NCBI GenBank assembly: GCA_010909165.1
Contig: MU008167.1
Coordinates: 682,001-746,000 of the forward strand
DNA: 64,000 bases
Reading direction: 5' to 3'
From: Anthoceros angustus
Taxonomy: Eukaryota > Plantae > Anthocerotophyta
The notes under the pieces are model-generated. The model did not search any database. It was given only the letters and a program-made list of their open reading frames with translations, and was not told the DNA's origin. Every line of letters starts with the position of its first letter. The stretch's first letter is position 1. The position numbers and the translations under genes are program-made. Shown one piece after another: positions 50,201 to 62,700 of the stretch.

Positions 50201-50447
50201 GTTTGCAAAATTTGCAGTCAGGAGGCGACAGTGATGACCTCTTCCCACTGTTGTCCCACCAATTTGCCTCTGTCGAATCCACGACAGAAGGACCTGTCTT
50301 GTCCATCGGTGTGAATGAAAGGCAATTGGTGGCATGATCCAAGGCGAAGGCGAATGCAGTTGCTGAAGAAGAAGAAAAAGGAGCGCAGCCGAGATGTCCT
50401 GCCAGGTTACACCTTATATCCATCACATTACGCCGTTTGGGAAACAT
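47258..50447 (-). CDS. PLS-class PPR-E1-E2-E+ (WW-type, no DYW) organellar editing specificity factor, ~23 PPR motifs. One frameshift near 50190-50210 separates the likely ATG (50447) from the main ORF.
   Basis: 1025-aa ORF with regular P-L-S triplets, P2-L2-S2 (LEHYTCMVDLLGRAG), E1/E2 and KQPGRSWWTDMNGLVHSFLVGD...LKLKK*. The upstream frame supplies MFPKRRNV... and a degenerate NWWDN...PD motif. Confidence 0.9.
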
Positions 50448-50966
50448 GGCCTCGGCGGCTACCTTGCTGAGACTTGGCCAAAAACTGAAGGAAATTTGGC
50501 CTCCTTGGTGTGTATCCAGCACGGGCCGGGCGAGTCAGTGATGCTACGGTTCAGCGTGGGACTTGGTACCACGGTATGCCGAAGCCACTTGCACCAAGGC
50601 ATGCACTCCCTCTAGGCACCCCATCTAAGTACCAATGTACACGATAGGGTGCTTAACAGCGGTGTTCGGTGTCCATTTGGCGCTACTCCACACCGCCCAC
50701 TTTGTGAGCAAGAAGTATGTACATATATACACACATACGGTATGCATGTACATATGTACCTAATAAGCATCATTTTCACAATGTTTTCTCGCATACGGCA
50801 GAAAACTTTATTATGACACAGATATGACGAGATTGGTCAATAGCCGTATACCCATTAATGACCGTATATCCATCTCCCAGCTCGTGAGAGCGTTGTGATA
50901 GAAGAATCTTTCGTCACTCATATAATATTTTTTTCTTAGGGTTAGGGTTTGGTGCGGGATGCGCCC

Positions 50967-51600
50967 AAGAAGAAGAAGAAGAAGAATTTTATTTAAGTCC
51001 ACTAAGGACGGATTTCCGTCATGGGACTTGGTACTTAACAACTTGTACCATGGTATGCCTAAGCTACTTGCACCAAGGGCATCCATTCCCTTTAGGCACC
51101 CCATCTAAGTACCGATCCAAGCGCAGGATGCTTAATAATCACGTTCTTATAAATGTGTGTCCATTTGGCCTAAGCCATTTGGACACACATGAGATGGAGG
51201 CAACACCAAGCCCCATCCCTTGCTACACCATGACGTGAAAGATGTAAAACATACGCCTTGATAGGTATGGCCATTCCTTTCAGGATACAATGAACTTGGT
51301 AATGAGCGAAGGTCACAGCCAGCTGCCTACAAACATCCTTGGTCTCATGTGGCTTTCACATCGAAGAAGACAAGCTTCCTCTTCACTGCGCAGTGCACTT
51401 TAATGAATTGCATCCGAAACCTAGAATAGAAATACTGCGCGGTTTTTAGGCTCACGGCACCGTTCGTAATGAACGGCGCCATGAACAGTGTAGTGCTTGG
51501 GAATAAGCTTTCATAATGAGTGCCCGAAAAGTACGGAATCGGTCGGTATTCAGGGTTGGGTTCTCGTGAGTTAAATAATAAGTTTTATTTATAATGTCAT
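50967..51600 (-). mobile_element. Longest copy of the (TTC)n-tailed retroposon (duplicate at 53218-53830; diverged pieces at ~50555-50680 and ~52810-52935). 5' boundary uncertain.
   Basis: Shares its 3' end with the copies at 15.1, 16.8 and 23.6 kb; 5' extent is variable. Confidence 0.6.
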
Positions 51601-51849
51601 TCTAAGAGAGCATGAGATCATAGAGATAGGTCTACCCCTAGACCTACATAAGAAGGCGGTGTGGTATGTCTTCCACTTTGCATTCTCATGTTAGGTTTTC
51701 ATTTCTTGGGTGTCTTGTCCATTTCGTTTGTGGAGAAGAGTCTTGCCGATTTTTTCATGTGTTATGTTAGAGTTGTTTTTTTGTATGATATTTTATGCCC
51801 TAAAATGATGAATAGGTTTGCAATCTTGTGTCTTAACTTAGTTCTCCAA

Positions 51850-52420
51850 GTTCATCAACTGCTCCTAATGCTCTTCTTCAAGAAGATAGTTTATTGCTTT
51901 ATTCTATGATTATAGCTTTTAATCACAATTATTGTGGTAGCTAGCGGAGAGGAGATTGAGCAGGCGATCTAGAATATGGTGGAAATTCCTCGTCAAGTAA
52001 CACGTATAGATGTTCACATGAGAGCTTGGCAAACCAATGGAGAAGCGGTGAGAGATGCTCAATGGCGTTTTGCTTATAGGATGTCATACCCTAATTTCAT
52101 GGCCTTGGTTGACCTTTTCAAGCCTTATATTGTGCGTGCTGGGTTAAGAGAACCAGTGGAGTTGCACCATGCTGTTGCCATGGTGTTGCATCGACTCGCT
52201 AGAGGGCTTCCACCCATGTATGGAGTTGGGGCATCCACTGTGGTTCAATACACTTTGTTGGTTACTGAAGTTTTAAGCAATCCTGACAAGTTGTTCTCAA
52301 GATTTATTTCTTGGCCCTCCACAACTCGGCAACGGAATATATCTCGCAAAGTTTTGGTTCTCAGATTACCAAATATGGTTGGAGCAAGATGGATCTCATA
52401 TCAAGTTGGCTAGACAACCG
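51850..52420 (+). mobile_element. PIF/Harbinger transposase, N-terminal part (partial copy)
   Basis: WRFAYRMSYPNFMALVDLFKPYI...AVAMVLHRLARG...YGVGASTV...LPNMVGA. Confidence 0.8.
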
Positions 52421-52439
52421 ACACGCAAGACAACCCGGC

Positions 52440-54100
52440 CAGGTTTCGCAGTTTGCAAAATTTGCAGTCAGGAGGCGACAGTGATGACCTCTTCCACTGT
52501 TGTCCCGCAATTTGCCTCTGTCGAATCCACGACAGAAGGACCTGTCTTGTCCATCGGTGTGAATGAAAAGGCAATTGGTGGCATGATCCAAGGCGAAGGC
52601 GAATGCAGTTGCTGAAGAAGAAGAAAAGGAGCGCAGCCGAGATGTCCTGCCAGGTTACACCTTATATCCATCACATTACGCCGTTTGGGAACATGGCCTC
52701 GGCGGCTACCTTGCTGAGACTTGGCCAAAAACTGAAGGAAATTTGGCCTCCTTGGTGTGTATCCAGCACGGGCCGGGCGAGTCAGTGATGCTACGGTTCA
52801 GCGTGGGACTTGGTACCACGGTATGCCGAAGCCACTTGCACCAAGGCATGCACTCCTCTAGGCACCCCATCTAAGTACCGATCCAAGCGCAGGATGCTTA
52901 ATAATCACGTTCTTATAAATGTGTGTCCATTTGGCGCTACTCACACCGCCCACTTTGTGAGCAGAAGTATGTACATATATACACATACGGTATGCATGTA
53001 CATATGTACCTAATAAGCATCATTTTCACAATGTTTTCTCGCATACGGCAGAAAAACTTTATTATGACACAGATATGACGAGATTGGTCAATAGCCGTAT
53101 ACCCATTAATGACCGTATATCCATCTCCCAGCTCGTGAGAGCGTTGTGATAGAAGAATCTTTCGTCACTCATATAATATTTTTTCTTAGGGTTAGGGTTT
53201 GGTGCAGGGATGCGCCCAAGAAGAAGAAGAAGAAGAATTTTATTTAAGTCCACTAAGGACGGATTTCCGTCATGGGACTTGGTACTTAACAACTTGTACC
53301 ATGGTATGCCTAAGCTACTTGCACCAGGGCATCCATTCCCTTTAGGCACCATCTAAGTACCGATCCAAGCGCAGGATGCTTAATAATCACGTTCTTATAA
53401 ATGTGTGTCCATTTGGCCTAAGCCATTTGGACACACATGAGATGGAGGCAACACCAAGCCCCATCCCTTGCTACACCATGACGTGAAGATGTAAAACATA
53501 CGCCTTGATAGGTATGGCCATTCCTTCGTGATACAATGAACTTGGTAATGAGCGAAGGTCACGGCCTGCCTACAAACATCCTTGGTCTCATGTGGCTTTC
53601 ATCAAGAAGACAAGCTTCCTCTTCACTGCGTGCACTTTAATGAATTGCATCCGAAACCTAGAATAGAAATCAGCGGTTTTGTTTCACAGACCGCTCGTAA
53701 TGAACGGCGCCATGAACAGTGTAGTGCTTGGGAATAAGCTTTCATAATGAGTGCCCGAAAAGTACGGAATCAGTCAGCGGTATTCCAGGGTTGGGTTCTG
53801 GTGAGTTAAATAATAAGTTTTATTTATAATGTCATTCTAAGAGAGCATGAGATCATAGAGATAGGTCTACCCCTAGACCTACATAAGAAGGCGGTGTGTG
53901 GTATGTCTTCCACTCTTTGCATTCTCATGTTAGGGTTTTCATTTCTTGGGTGTCTTGTCCCATTTCGTTTGTGGAGAAGAGTCTTGCTGATTTTTTTCAT
54001 GTGTTATGTTAGAGTTGTTTTTTTTTGTATGATATTTTATGCCCTAAAATGATGAATAGGTTTGCAATCTTGTGTCTTAACTTAGTTCTCCAAGCTCATC
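52440..54100 (+). repeat. Noisy duplicate of 50190-51850 (PPR 5' region + retroposon)
   Basis: Near-identical sequence with scattered indels. Confidence 0.85.
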
Positions 54101-54109
54101 AATCTGTTC

Positions 54110-55330
54110 CTAATGCTCTTCTTCAAGAAGATAGTTTATTGCTTTATTCTATGATTATAGCTGTTTTAATCACAATTATTGTGGTAGCTAGCGGAGAGGA
54201 GATTGAGCAGGCGATCTAGAATATGGTGGAAATTCCTCGTCAAAACGCTTGTGGCGAGATGTTCACATGAGAGCTTGGCAAACCAATGGAAGCGGTGAGA
54301 GATGCTCAATGGCGTTTTGCTTATAGGATGTCATACCCTAATTTCATGGCCTTGGTTGACCTTTTCAAGCCTTATATTGTGCGTCTTTGGGTTAAGAGAA
54401 CCGATTGGAGTTGCACCATCTTTGTTGCCATGGTGTTGCATCGACTCGCTAGAGGGCTTCCACCACATATTGTTGCGGCATGTATGGAGTTGGGGCATCC
54501 GTGGTTGATACACTTTGTTGTTCGAAGTTTTAAGCAATCCCGACAAGTTGTTCTCAAGATTTATTTCTTGGCCTCCACAACTCGACAGCGGAATATATAC
54601 GCAAAGTTTTGGTTCTCAGATTACCAAATATGGTTGGAGCAGTAGATGGATCTCATATCAAGTTGGCTAGACAACCAGATACGCAAGACAACCCAGTGGT
54701 CTATTGGTTTCGGCATGACATTCACTCTGTTGTTTTGCAAGGAATATGTGATTCTGACCAATTATTCCTTGATGTGTCTTGCACTCATCCAGGTGGTGTC
54801 CATGATGCTACAATTTTACGAGAAAGCGATGTATGGCGAAAATGACACGAGGACAAATATTGACATCACCTTCCATGGAAATTTGTGGGACAACTATTAC
54901 TCCATTCATTGTGGGTGATTCTGCATACCCTTTGATGCCTTTTCTTTTGAAAGCTTTTCATGCAGTGGGAAATGATAGAGAACAGGCTATGTTCAATAGG
55001 AGGATGCGGCGTGGGCGGGTGAAGATAGAAAATGCTTTTGCACTCTTGAAGAACAGGTGGCGCATATTGAAAAGCTTGAATGTAAGGTTGAAATAAGCCT
55101 CTTAAGTTGTAATTGCTTGTTGTGTGTTACATAATTATTGTATCATGTCTAGCGAGGTACATCCCCGTGACGTGGATGTGGATCCATATCCTTTACATGA
55201 TGGCCAAGAAATGAATATGTGGGAGGATATGTCATATAGACATTTGTATAACGAAGCGAAAAAGAGGAGACAGGCTTTGTTTGATGCTTGGAGAATTTCT
55301 ACACAAGGTCCCCTAGTTGTTGAAACATAG
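54110..55330 (+). mobile_element. PIF/Harbinger DDE transposase (frameshifted); another partial copy at ~58260-59021
   Basis: GAVDGSHI, VVLQGICD, PGGVHDATIL, GDSAYPL, GRVKIENAFALLKNRWRIL and CCVLHNYC are the DDE_Tnp_4 motifs. Confidence 0.9.
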
Positions 55331-55461
55331 AGTATGGAATGGTGGAAAGCGTCAAAGAAAAAACTTAAAACGTGAAGATGTGGTTCATCTTCAAAGAATA
55401 CATTTGCAAATAAAAAAAATGCTTTTAAGAAGCCAATAATATTCCTTAATGAAAAGGACTT

Positions 55462-55778
55462 CTACTCATTTGGTACACTAGGCTTGCTTTTCTTCGGTGA
55501 CCGCCTTGCGAAGACTTTCGCCATCTCCAGTTGATTCGCGAGAAAGAGCTTTTGCACCTGCAAGGAATTGGCCATCTTGGCCGACTCAATCTGAGCGAGG
55601 CATTCAGCAAAAGTTGCCAAGCCAGACATGAGATCCTTGCCTAAACCACGTGATGACCTACGTCGCTTTATTTTTTTGGATTGCACTCCACCTGGAGTGT
55701 GCCTCTCATTATCTGTTTCGGAAGGTGAATGGTTGCTGTCACATGGGGTTTCAGGAACATGTGAAACCCCACCTTCAC
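55462..55778 (-). CDS. Last exon of a convergent second ORF, probably the Harbinger Myb/SANT-type partner protein
   Basis: After a TTTTGCAG acceptor: EGGVSHVPETP...KKIKRRRSSRGLGKDLMSGLATFAECLAQIESAKMANSLQVQKLFLANQLEMAKVF.... The tail-to-tail arrangement with the transposase is typical of this superfamily. The identity is inferred. Confidence 0.5.
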
Positions 55779-55796
55779 TGCAAAATAACTAACCAC

Positions 55797-56012
55797 AGGG
55801 CAGAGACATACATCAGACTAGATTAGCATGCAGAGACGTACACTAGACTAGATGAGCATGCAGAGACATACACCAGACTAGATTAGCATGCAGAGACGTA
55901 CACCAGACTAGATGAGCATGCAGAAACATACACCAGACTAGATTAGCATGCAGAGACGTACACCAGACTAGATGAGCATGCAGAGACATACACCGACTAG
56001 ATTAGCATGCGA
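55797..56012 (+). repeat. 30-bp minisatellite, about 7 copies (GCATGCAGAGACATACACCAGACTAGATTA); noisy copy at 59450-59650
   Basis: Directly visible. Confidence 0.92.
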
Positions 56013-56063
56013 GCTTACACGAATGCAACAAAATCGCAACCTACTCATGCGTAATCTCTGACA

Positions 56064-58245
56064 GTTAGATAGTTAGAGATGCATATGCGGAAGTGTCTTG
56101 CATCAAGAAAATTCTTTATTAACAATGAATATGTTCGGTTCATAGGTGGGCTTATAAAGGATGGTTACGAGGGGGTATGTCCTTTCACTAGCCTGCTAGC
56201 TAACTAACTACCAACTAGCTGAGTCTAGTTTGACTAATCCACATTGGGTCTGGTCTAGTCGACCTTAACCAATGCGGTCTGCACTATTTCTAACTCTCCC
56301 TCTTATACACGTTGAGTTATCTGAGATCTCCGTAAAACAAAAGGAGACCACTCGTTGTCGGAGTCTTGCAATGTGCTACAGTCTTCCACTCGCCTGTCTC
56401 AACTCGCGGTCGAACTCCCTCGTGAGGTCGGCTCACCAGCTCACGAGTAGTACACGGTTGGCTGGCGTATGAAGTCATTCTGCAACAACTGTCAACTTCA
56501 AGTGATGGAACAAAAGATGATAAGCCTCACCATGTGAGTGACTTGTCTAGCGTCATAAAGCTACTACAGTCTACTAATCCAAGCCCTTCTATGTGGAAGC
56601 AGTGTTTAAACTTGGGCAAGGATTTGGTCAAGACATCTCGTGTTGTCATCTGCTGGTACATACTGCATTTTACTATTCCCTTTCTGCAAAGATCACGAAT
56701 ATAGTGATGTTGAATCTCTATGTGTTTCGTATGCATGGAACACGGGTTAGCCTAAAGCAATTCGACATATTATCACGATTAAGTATTGTTGGCCCTTCCT
56801 GCGTCATACCCAGATCCTCACATAGCTTCCTTTCCCATTCAGCCTCTTTGGTGGCTTCAGTGAGAGCCTTGTACTCCGATTCTGTTGATGAAAGTGATAT
56901 GGCTGCTTGTTTTCTACAAGACCAATTAACAACAGTGGAGCCAGCAAGAAAGCAATATGCTGAGATACTTTTCCGGGTGTCAGCGTCCGAAGCCCAATCT
57001 GCATCCACATAACATGTAAGCAGGAGGCGCTTCTTTCCGCTAGGTTTGTAGCATAGGCCATAATTTTGAGTACCCTTGAGGTACCGCATGATGCGTTTGA
57101 GAGCAACCCAGTGATCCCTCCCTGGATTCTCTGAGAATTGAGCAACAGCATTCACGGTGTTTGAGATGTCTGGTATTGTCTGATTACTCAAGAACATGAG
57201 AGTGCCAACTCCCATGTGGTAGGGCACAGACTCCATCTCCTTCTTGTCCTCTCGCTTGAGGCGAAGCATGAGAGCTTAACACCAACCAAGACGGTGGCTG
57301 CCGCTCGTATGCTTCCAAGTTGAAGCGTTTTAGCATACCACATATCGTCCTTGATGAAGATAAATAGCTCAAAGCTATCTCTATGTACATGCATTCCAAG
57401 AATATATTTAACTTTGCCGAGATCCTTCATCTCGAATTCTTTGCTGAGATTTGCTTTTATCTTGTTGACCAATTCAACATTATTGCCTGGAATAACTAAG
57501 TCATCGACATATAGGGCAACAAGTACAAGTGAGCTATCCTGACAAAGTACATAGATGTTAGTATTTGCTTTACTTTGGACGAACCCCAACTTCTTGAGAT
57601 AAGAATCCATTCTCTCGTACCATAAGCGTGGGCTTTGCTTAAGTCCATATATTGAGCGGAGTAGTTTACACACTTTGTGAGGAATTTCTTATCTTCATAA
57701 TCCTCTGGTTGATCCATGTAGACCTCCTCTTTAAGGTGACCATAAAGAAAGGCCGTACTGATAAATTTCCAAGTTAACCTCAGCACATAAAGCTAGAAGC
57801 ATTCTTACGGAAGCAGCTTTGACAACGGGTGAGTAAACTTTGTCGCCTTGGTAATCTACTCCCTTTTTTTGACTATACCCCTTAGCCACCAATCTCGCCT
57901 TGTGGCGGATACGAGGCTCAACCTCCCGGAACTTAGTTTTGAGAACCCACTTGCATTTATTGTCCCGCCTGATTGACCAGTCCATGTGTTGTTTTAATAA
58001 GTGAATTATATTCATCATCAGCGAAACTTCCACTTAGCGCATCGGTCGTGAGTATGCCTCCCGCAGTGAGAGGATCTCCTCGAAAGAGCACTAAAAGCAT
58101 CAAAGTGACCTTGAGTGGTAGTATAGCTTGATTGAACTCAAGTCAAAGGGTATTTCATTCCATAGGTGACGTAGTTATCGCTGACGCAAGGGATACCTAC
58201 GCCAGAATGTCGGCTTGGAGGGAATGTGGAGATTTAGGTGTCTCT
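56064..58245 (-). mobile_element. Ty1/Copia RT-RNaseH + PPT + putative 3' LTR (~56064-56294)
   Basis: [56 protein letters not shown] and YVDADWASD...STESEY. A purine tract AAGAGGGAG lies on the minus strand near 56300. Confidence 0.92.
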
Positions 58246-59702
58246 GATGCTTGAGTCTCAAGAACAAAGGAGTCATCCTCATTTTCCAATGGTTCATCCA
58301 TGGGCATCTTGTTCATCTTCCCCTCTCGAAAGGTGAACTATGGGAATATATCTGCAAAGTTTTGGTTCTTACAGATTACCAAATATGGTTGGAGCGAGAT
58401 GGATCTCATATCAAGTTGGCTAGACAACCGACACGCAAGACAACCCGAGTGGTCTATTGGTTTCGGCATGACATTCACTCTGTTTTGCAAGGAATATGTG
58501 ATTCGACCAATTATTCCTTGATGTGTCTTGCACTCATCCGTGGTGTCCATGATGCTACAATTTTACGAGAAAGCGATGTATGGCGTAAAATGACACGAGG
58601 ACAAATATTGACATCACCTTCCATGGAAATTTGTGGGACAACTATTACTCCATTCATTGTGGTGATGCCTTTTGAAAAGCTTTTCATGCAAAGGGAAATG
58701 ATAGAGAAAGGCTATGTTCAATAGGAGGATGCGGTATGGGTGAAGATAGAAAATGCTTTTGCACTCTTGAAGAAGTGGCGCATATTGAAAAGCTTGAATG
58801 TAAGGTTGAAATATGCCTCTCAAGTAAATTGTTGTTGTGTGTTACATAATTATTGTATCATGCGAGGTACATCCCGTGACGTGGATGTGGATCCATATCC
58901 TTTACATGATGGCCAAGAAATGAATATGTGGGAGGATATGTCATATAGACATTTGTATAAGCGAAAAAAGAGGAGACAGGCTTTGTTTGATGCTTGGAGA
59001 ATTTCTACACAAGGTCCCTAGTTGTTGAAACATAGAGTATGGAGTATGGAAAAGAAAAACTTAAAACGTGAAGATGTGGTTCATCTTCAAAGAATACATT
59101 GCAAATAGAAAATGCTTTTAAGAAGCCAATAATATTCCTTAATGAAAAGGACTTCTCATTTGGTACTAGGCTTGCTTTTCTTGGTGACCGCCTTGCGAGA
59201 CTTTCGCCATCTCCAGCCATTGATTAGAAAGAGCTTTTGCACTGCAAATTGGCCATCTTGGCCGACTCAATCTGAGCGAGGCATTCGCAAAAGTTGCCAA
59301 GCCGGAGATCCTTGCCTAAACCACGTGATGACCTTTATTTTTGGATTGCACTCCAGGGAGTGTGCCTCTCAAGTTATAATTGCTTGTTGTGTGTTACATG
59401 GGGTTTGAGAACATGTGAAACCCCACCTTCACCGCAAAATAACCACAGGCGAGAGACATACATCGGACTAGATTAGCATGCAGCGACACACTAGACTAGA
59501 TGAGCAAGACATACACCGACTAGATTAGCATGCGAGACATACACCGAGACTAGATGAGCATGCAAAACACGAGACTAGATTAGCATGCGAGACATACACC
59601 AGACTAGATTAGCATGCAGAGACATACACCAGACTAGATTAGCATGCAGGCTTACACACAGAATGCAACAAAATCTGCAACCTACTCATGCAGAATCTAC
59701 GA

Positions 59703-62700
59703 CAGTTAGATAGTTAGAGATGCATATGCGGAAGTGTCTTGCATCAAGAAAATTCTTTATTAACAATGAATATGTTCGGTTCATAGGTGGGCTTATAAAG
59801 GATGGTTACGAGGGGGTATGTCCTTTCACTAGCCTGCTAGCTAACTAACTACCAACTAGCTGAGTCTAGTTTGACTAATCCACATTGGGTCCGGGTCTAG
59901 TCGACCTTAACCAATGCGGTGCCCCGCACTATTTCTAACTCCCTCTTATACACGTTGAGTTATCCGAGATCTCCGTAAAACAAAGGAGACCACCTGAGTC
60001 TTGCAATGTGCAAGGCCTTCCACTACTTTGTCTCAACTCGCGGGTCGAACTCCCGCTGGTGAGGCTGGCTCACGCTCACGGAGTAGTACACGGTTGTGGC
60101 AGGGCGCAAGTGTATGTCGCAACAACCGCCAACTTCAAGTGATGGAACAAAAGATGATAAGCCTCACCATATGAGTGACTTGTCTAGCGTCATAAAGCTA
60201 CTACTACTAATCCAAGCCCTTCTATGTGGAAGTGTTTAAACTTGGGCAAGGATTTGGTCAAGACATCTCGATGTTGTCATCTGGTGTACATGCACTTTAC
60301 TATTCCCTTTCGCAAAGATCACGAATATAGTGATGTTGAATCTCTATGTGTTTCGTGCATGGAACACGGGTTAGTACTAAAGCTTATATTATCACGATTA
60401 AGTATTGTTGGCCCTTCCTCATACCAGATTCTCACATAGCTTCCTTTCCCATTCACCTCTTTGGTGGCTTGGTGAGCCTTGTACTCGATTCGGTTGATGA
60501 AAGTGATATGGCTGCTTGTTTTCTACAAGACCACCAAACAGCCGGGAAAGCAATATCGAGATATCGTCCAGCCCAATCTGCATCCAAGTGTGGAGGCGCT
60601 TCTTTCCGCTAGGTTTGTAGCATAGGCCATAATTTTGAGTACCCTTGAGGTACCGATGATGCGTTGAGAGCAACCCGGTGATCCCTCCTGGATTCTCGAG
60701 AATTGAGCAAGATTCACGGTGTTTGAGATGTCGGTATTGTCGATTACTCAAGAACATGAGAGTGCCAACTCCCATGTGGTAGGGCACAGACTCCATCTCC
60801 TTCTTGTCCTCTTCTGCTTGAGGGCAGGAAGCATATGAGAGCTTAATACCAACGGCACCTGGTGTGGCTGTCGCTCGTGCGTTCTCCAAGTTGAATCGTT
60901 TTAGCATACCAGCTACATATCGTCCTTGATGAAGATAAATAGCTCCGGTGCTATCTCTATGTACATGCATTCCAAGAATATATTTAACTTTGCCGAGATC
61001 CTTCATCTCGAATTCTTTGCTGAGATTTGCTTTTATCTTGTTGACCAATTCAACATTATTGCCTGGAATAACTAAGTCATCGACATATAGGGCAACAAGT
61101 ACAAGTGAGCTATCAAGTACAGTACATAGATGTTAGTATTTGCTTTACTTTGGACGAACCCCAACTTCTTGAGATAAGAATCCATTCTCTCGTATAAGCG
61201 TGGGCTTTGCTTAAGTCCATATATTGGAGTAGTTTACACACCTTGTGAGGAATTTCTTATCTTCATAATCCTCGTTGATCCATGTAGATCTCCTCTTTAA
61301 GGTGACCATAAAGAAAGGCAGACGCTGATAAATTTCCAAGATAATTTCACATAAAGCTAGAAGCATTCTGCAGCCTTTGACAACGGGTGAGTAAACTTTA
61401 TCGCCTTGGTAATCCACTCCCTTCTTTTGACTATACCCCTTAGCCACCAATCTCGCCTTGTGGCGGATACGAGGCTCAACCTCCGGAACTTAGTTTTGAG
61501 AACCCACTTGCATTTAATCAGCTTGTCCCGCCTTGGCGATTGACGAGTCCATGTGTTGTTTTTAATAAGTGAATTATATTCATCATCAGCAAACTTCCAC
61601 TTAGCGCATCGGTCGTGAGTATGCCTCTGCAGGTGAGAGGATCTCCTCCCGAAAGAGCAAAAAGCATCAAAGTGACCTTGAGTGGTAGTATAGCCGGCTT
61701 GATTGAACTCAAGTCAAAGGGTATTTCATTCCATAGGTGGCGTGGTTGTCGGCGCAAGGGATACGCCAGAATGTGGTCGTGCTTGGAGGGGAATGTGGAG
61801 ATTTAGGTGTCTCTGATGCTTGAGTCTCAAGAACACTAACGGAGTCATCCTCATTTTCCAGTGGTTCATCCATGGGCATCTTGTTCATCTTCCCCCTCTC
61901 GAGCAGGAATTATGGGAATAGGACCGGCTGAAGGTGAAGAAGCCAAAGGCGGAGTAGGAATGTAACACGAAATGTGAACACCCGATGAAAAGTGAAGGGT
62001 TGAGTATGTAACTCAAAGTGAATGTCACTAGGCCATCGAGGGCTACGAGAGCCGGAGGTAGAAGCACCATCCGGGCGTGACCAGGAGCCAAGAAGGTGTC
62101 CAAGATGTGCTAGCGGACTCATCAAAGGTGACAGCGTGCAGTTTGAGTGTGGGTATTCAAGTCCACCACTTGTATGCCTTGCGATCCTCGCCATAGCCCA
62201 CAAATACCAACTTACGAGCACGAGCAGAGGGTCGAAGGATATGGGCAGTGGGCATCCAAAGATACGAAGATGAGAGAAGGGTTTACTCCCATGCCAAGAC
62301 TCATAAGGAGTCCACCAAGAACGGACTTGAAAGCACTCGAGGCGATATAAGCAGTGATTCCGCCCGTAAGGACTTAGGCAATTGGGATTGAGCGAGCATA
62401 GCTCGCGCCATGGCCAAAAGATCACCATTGGCTTTTTCCGCAACTCCATTATGCTGGGAGGTATAGGGAACCGTAAACTGACGAAGGATCCCCCTCTCTT
62501 GACAAAAGTACTTGAACTGGTGATTGTTAAGTTCCCCAGCATTGTCAGATCTAATGCACCGCAGCTTACAACCAGTTTGCAGCTCGGCCATAGTAACAAA
62601 GAGAGAAAATACACCGAAGGAGTCACTCTTCAAACGAAGCGGGTAAGCAAAAGTATAACGACTGAAGTCATCCACAACAGTCATAAAGTGATTAGCCCCG

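Noticed and set aside
50936-50952. TTAGGGTTAGGGTTTGG as an interstitial telomere
   Set aside because: Only two units. More plausibly a telo-box-like promoter motif or chance.
51330-51580. Minus-strand frame ...PIPYFSGTHYESLFP... reminiscent of an OTU protease His-box
   Set aside because: Short motif, no catalytic Cys-box, no start codon; not reproducible with confidence in the duplicate copy.
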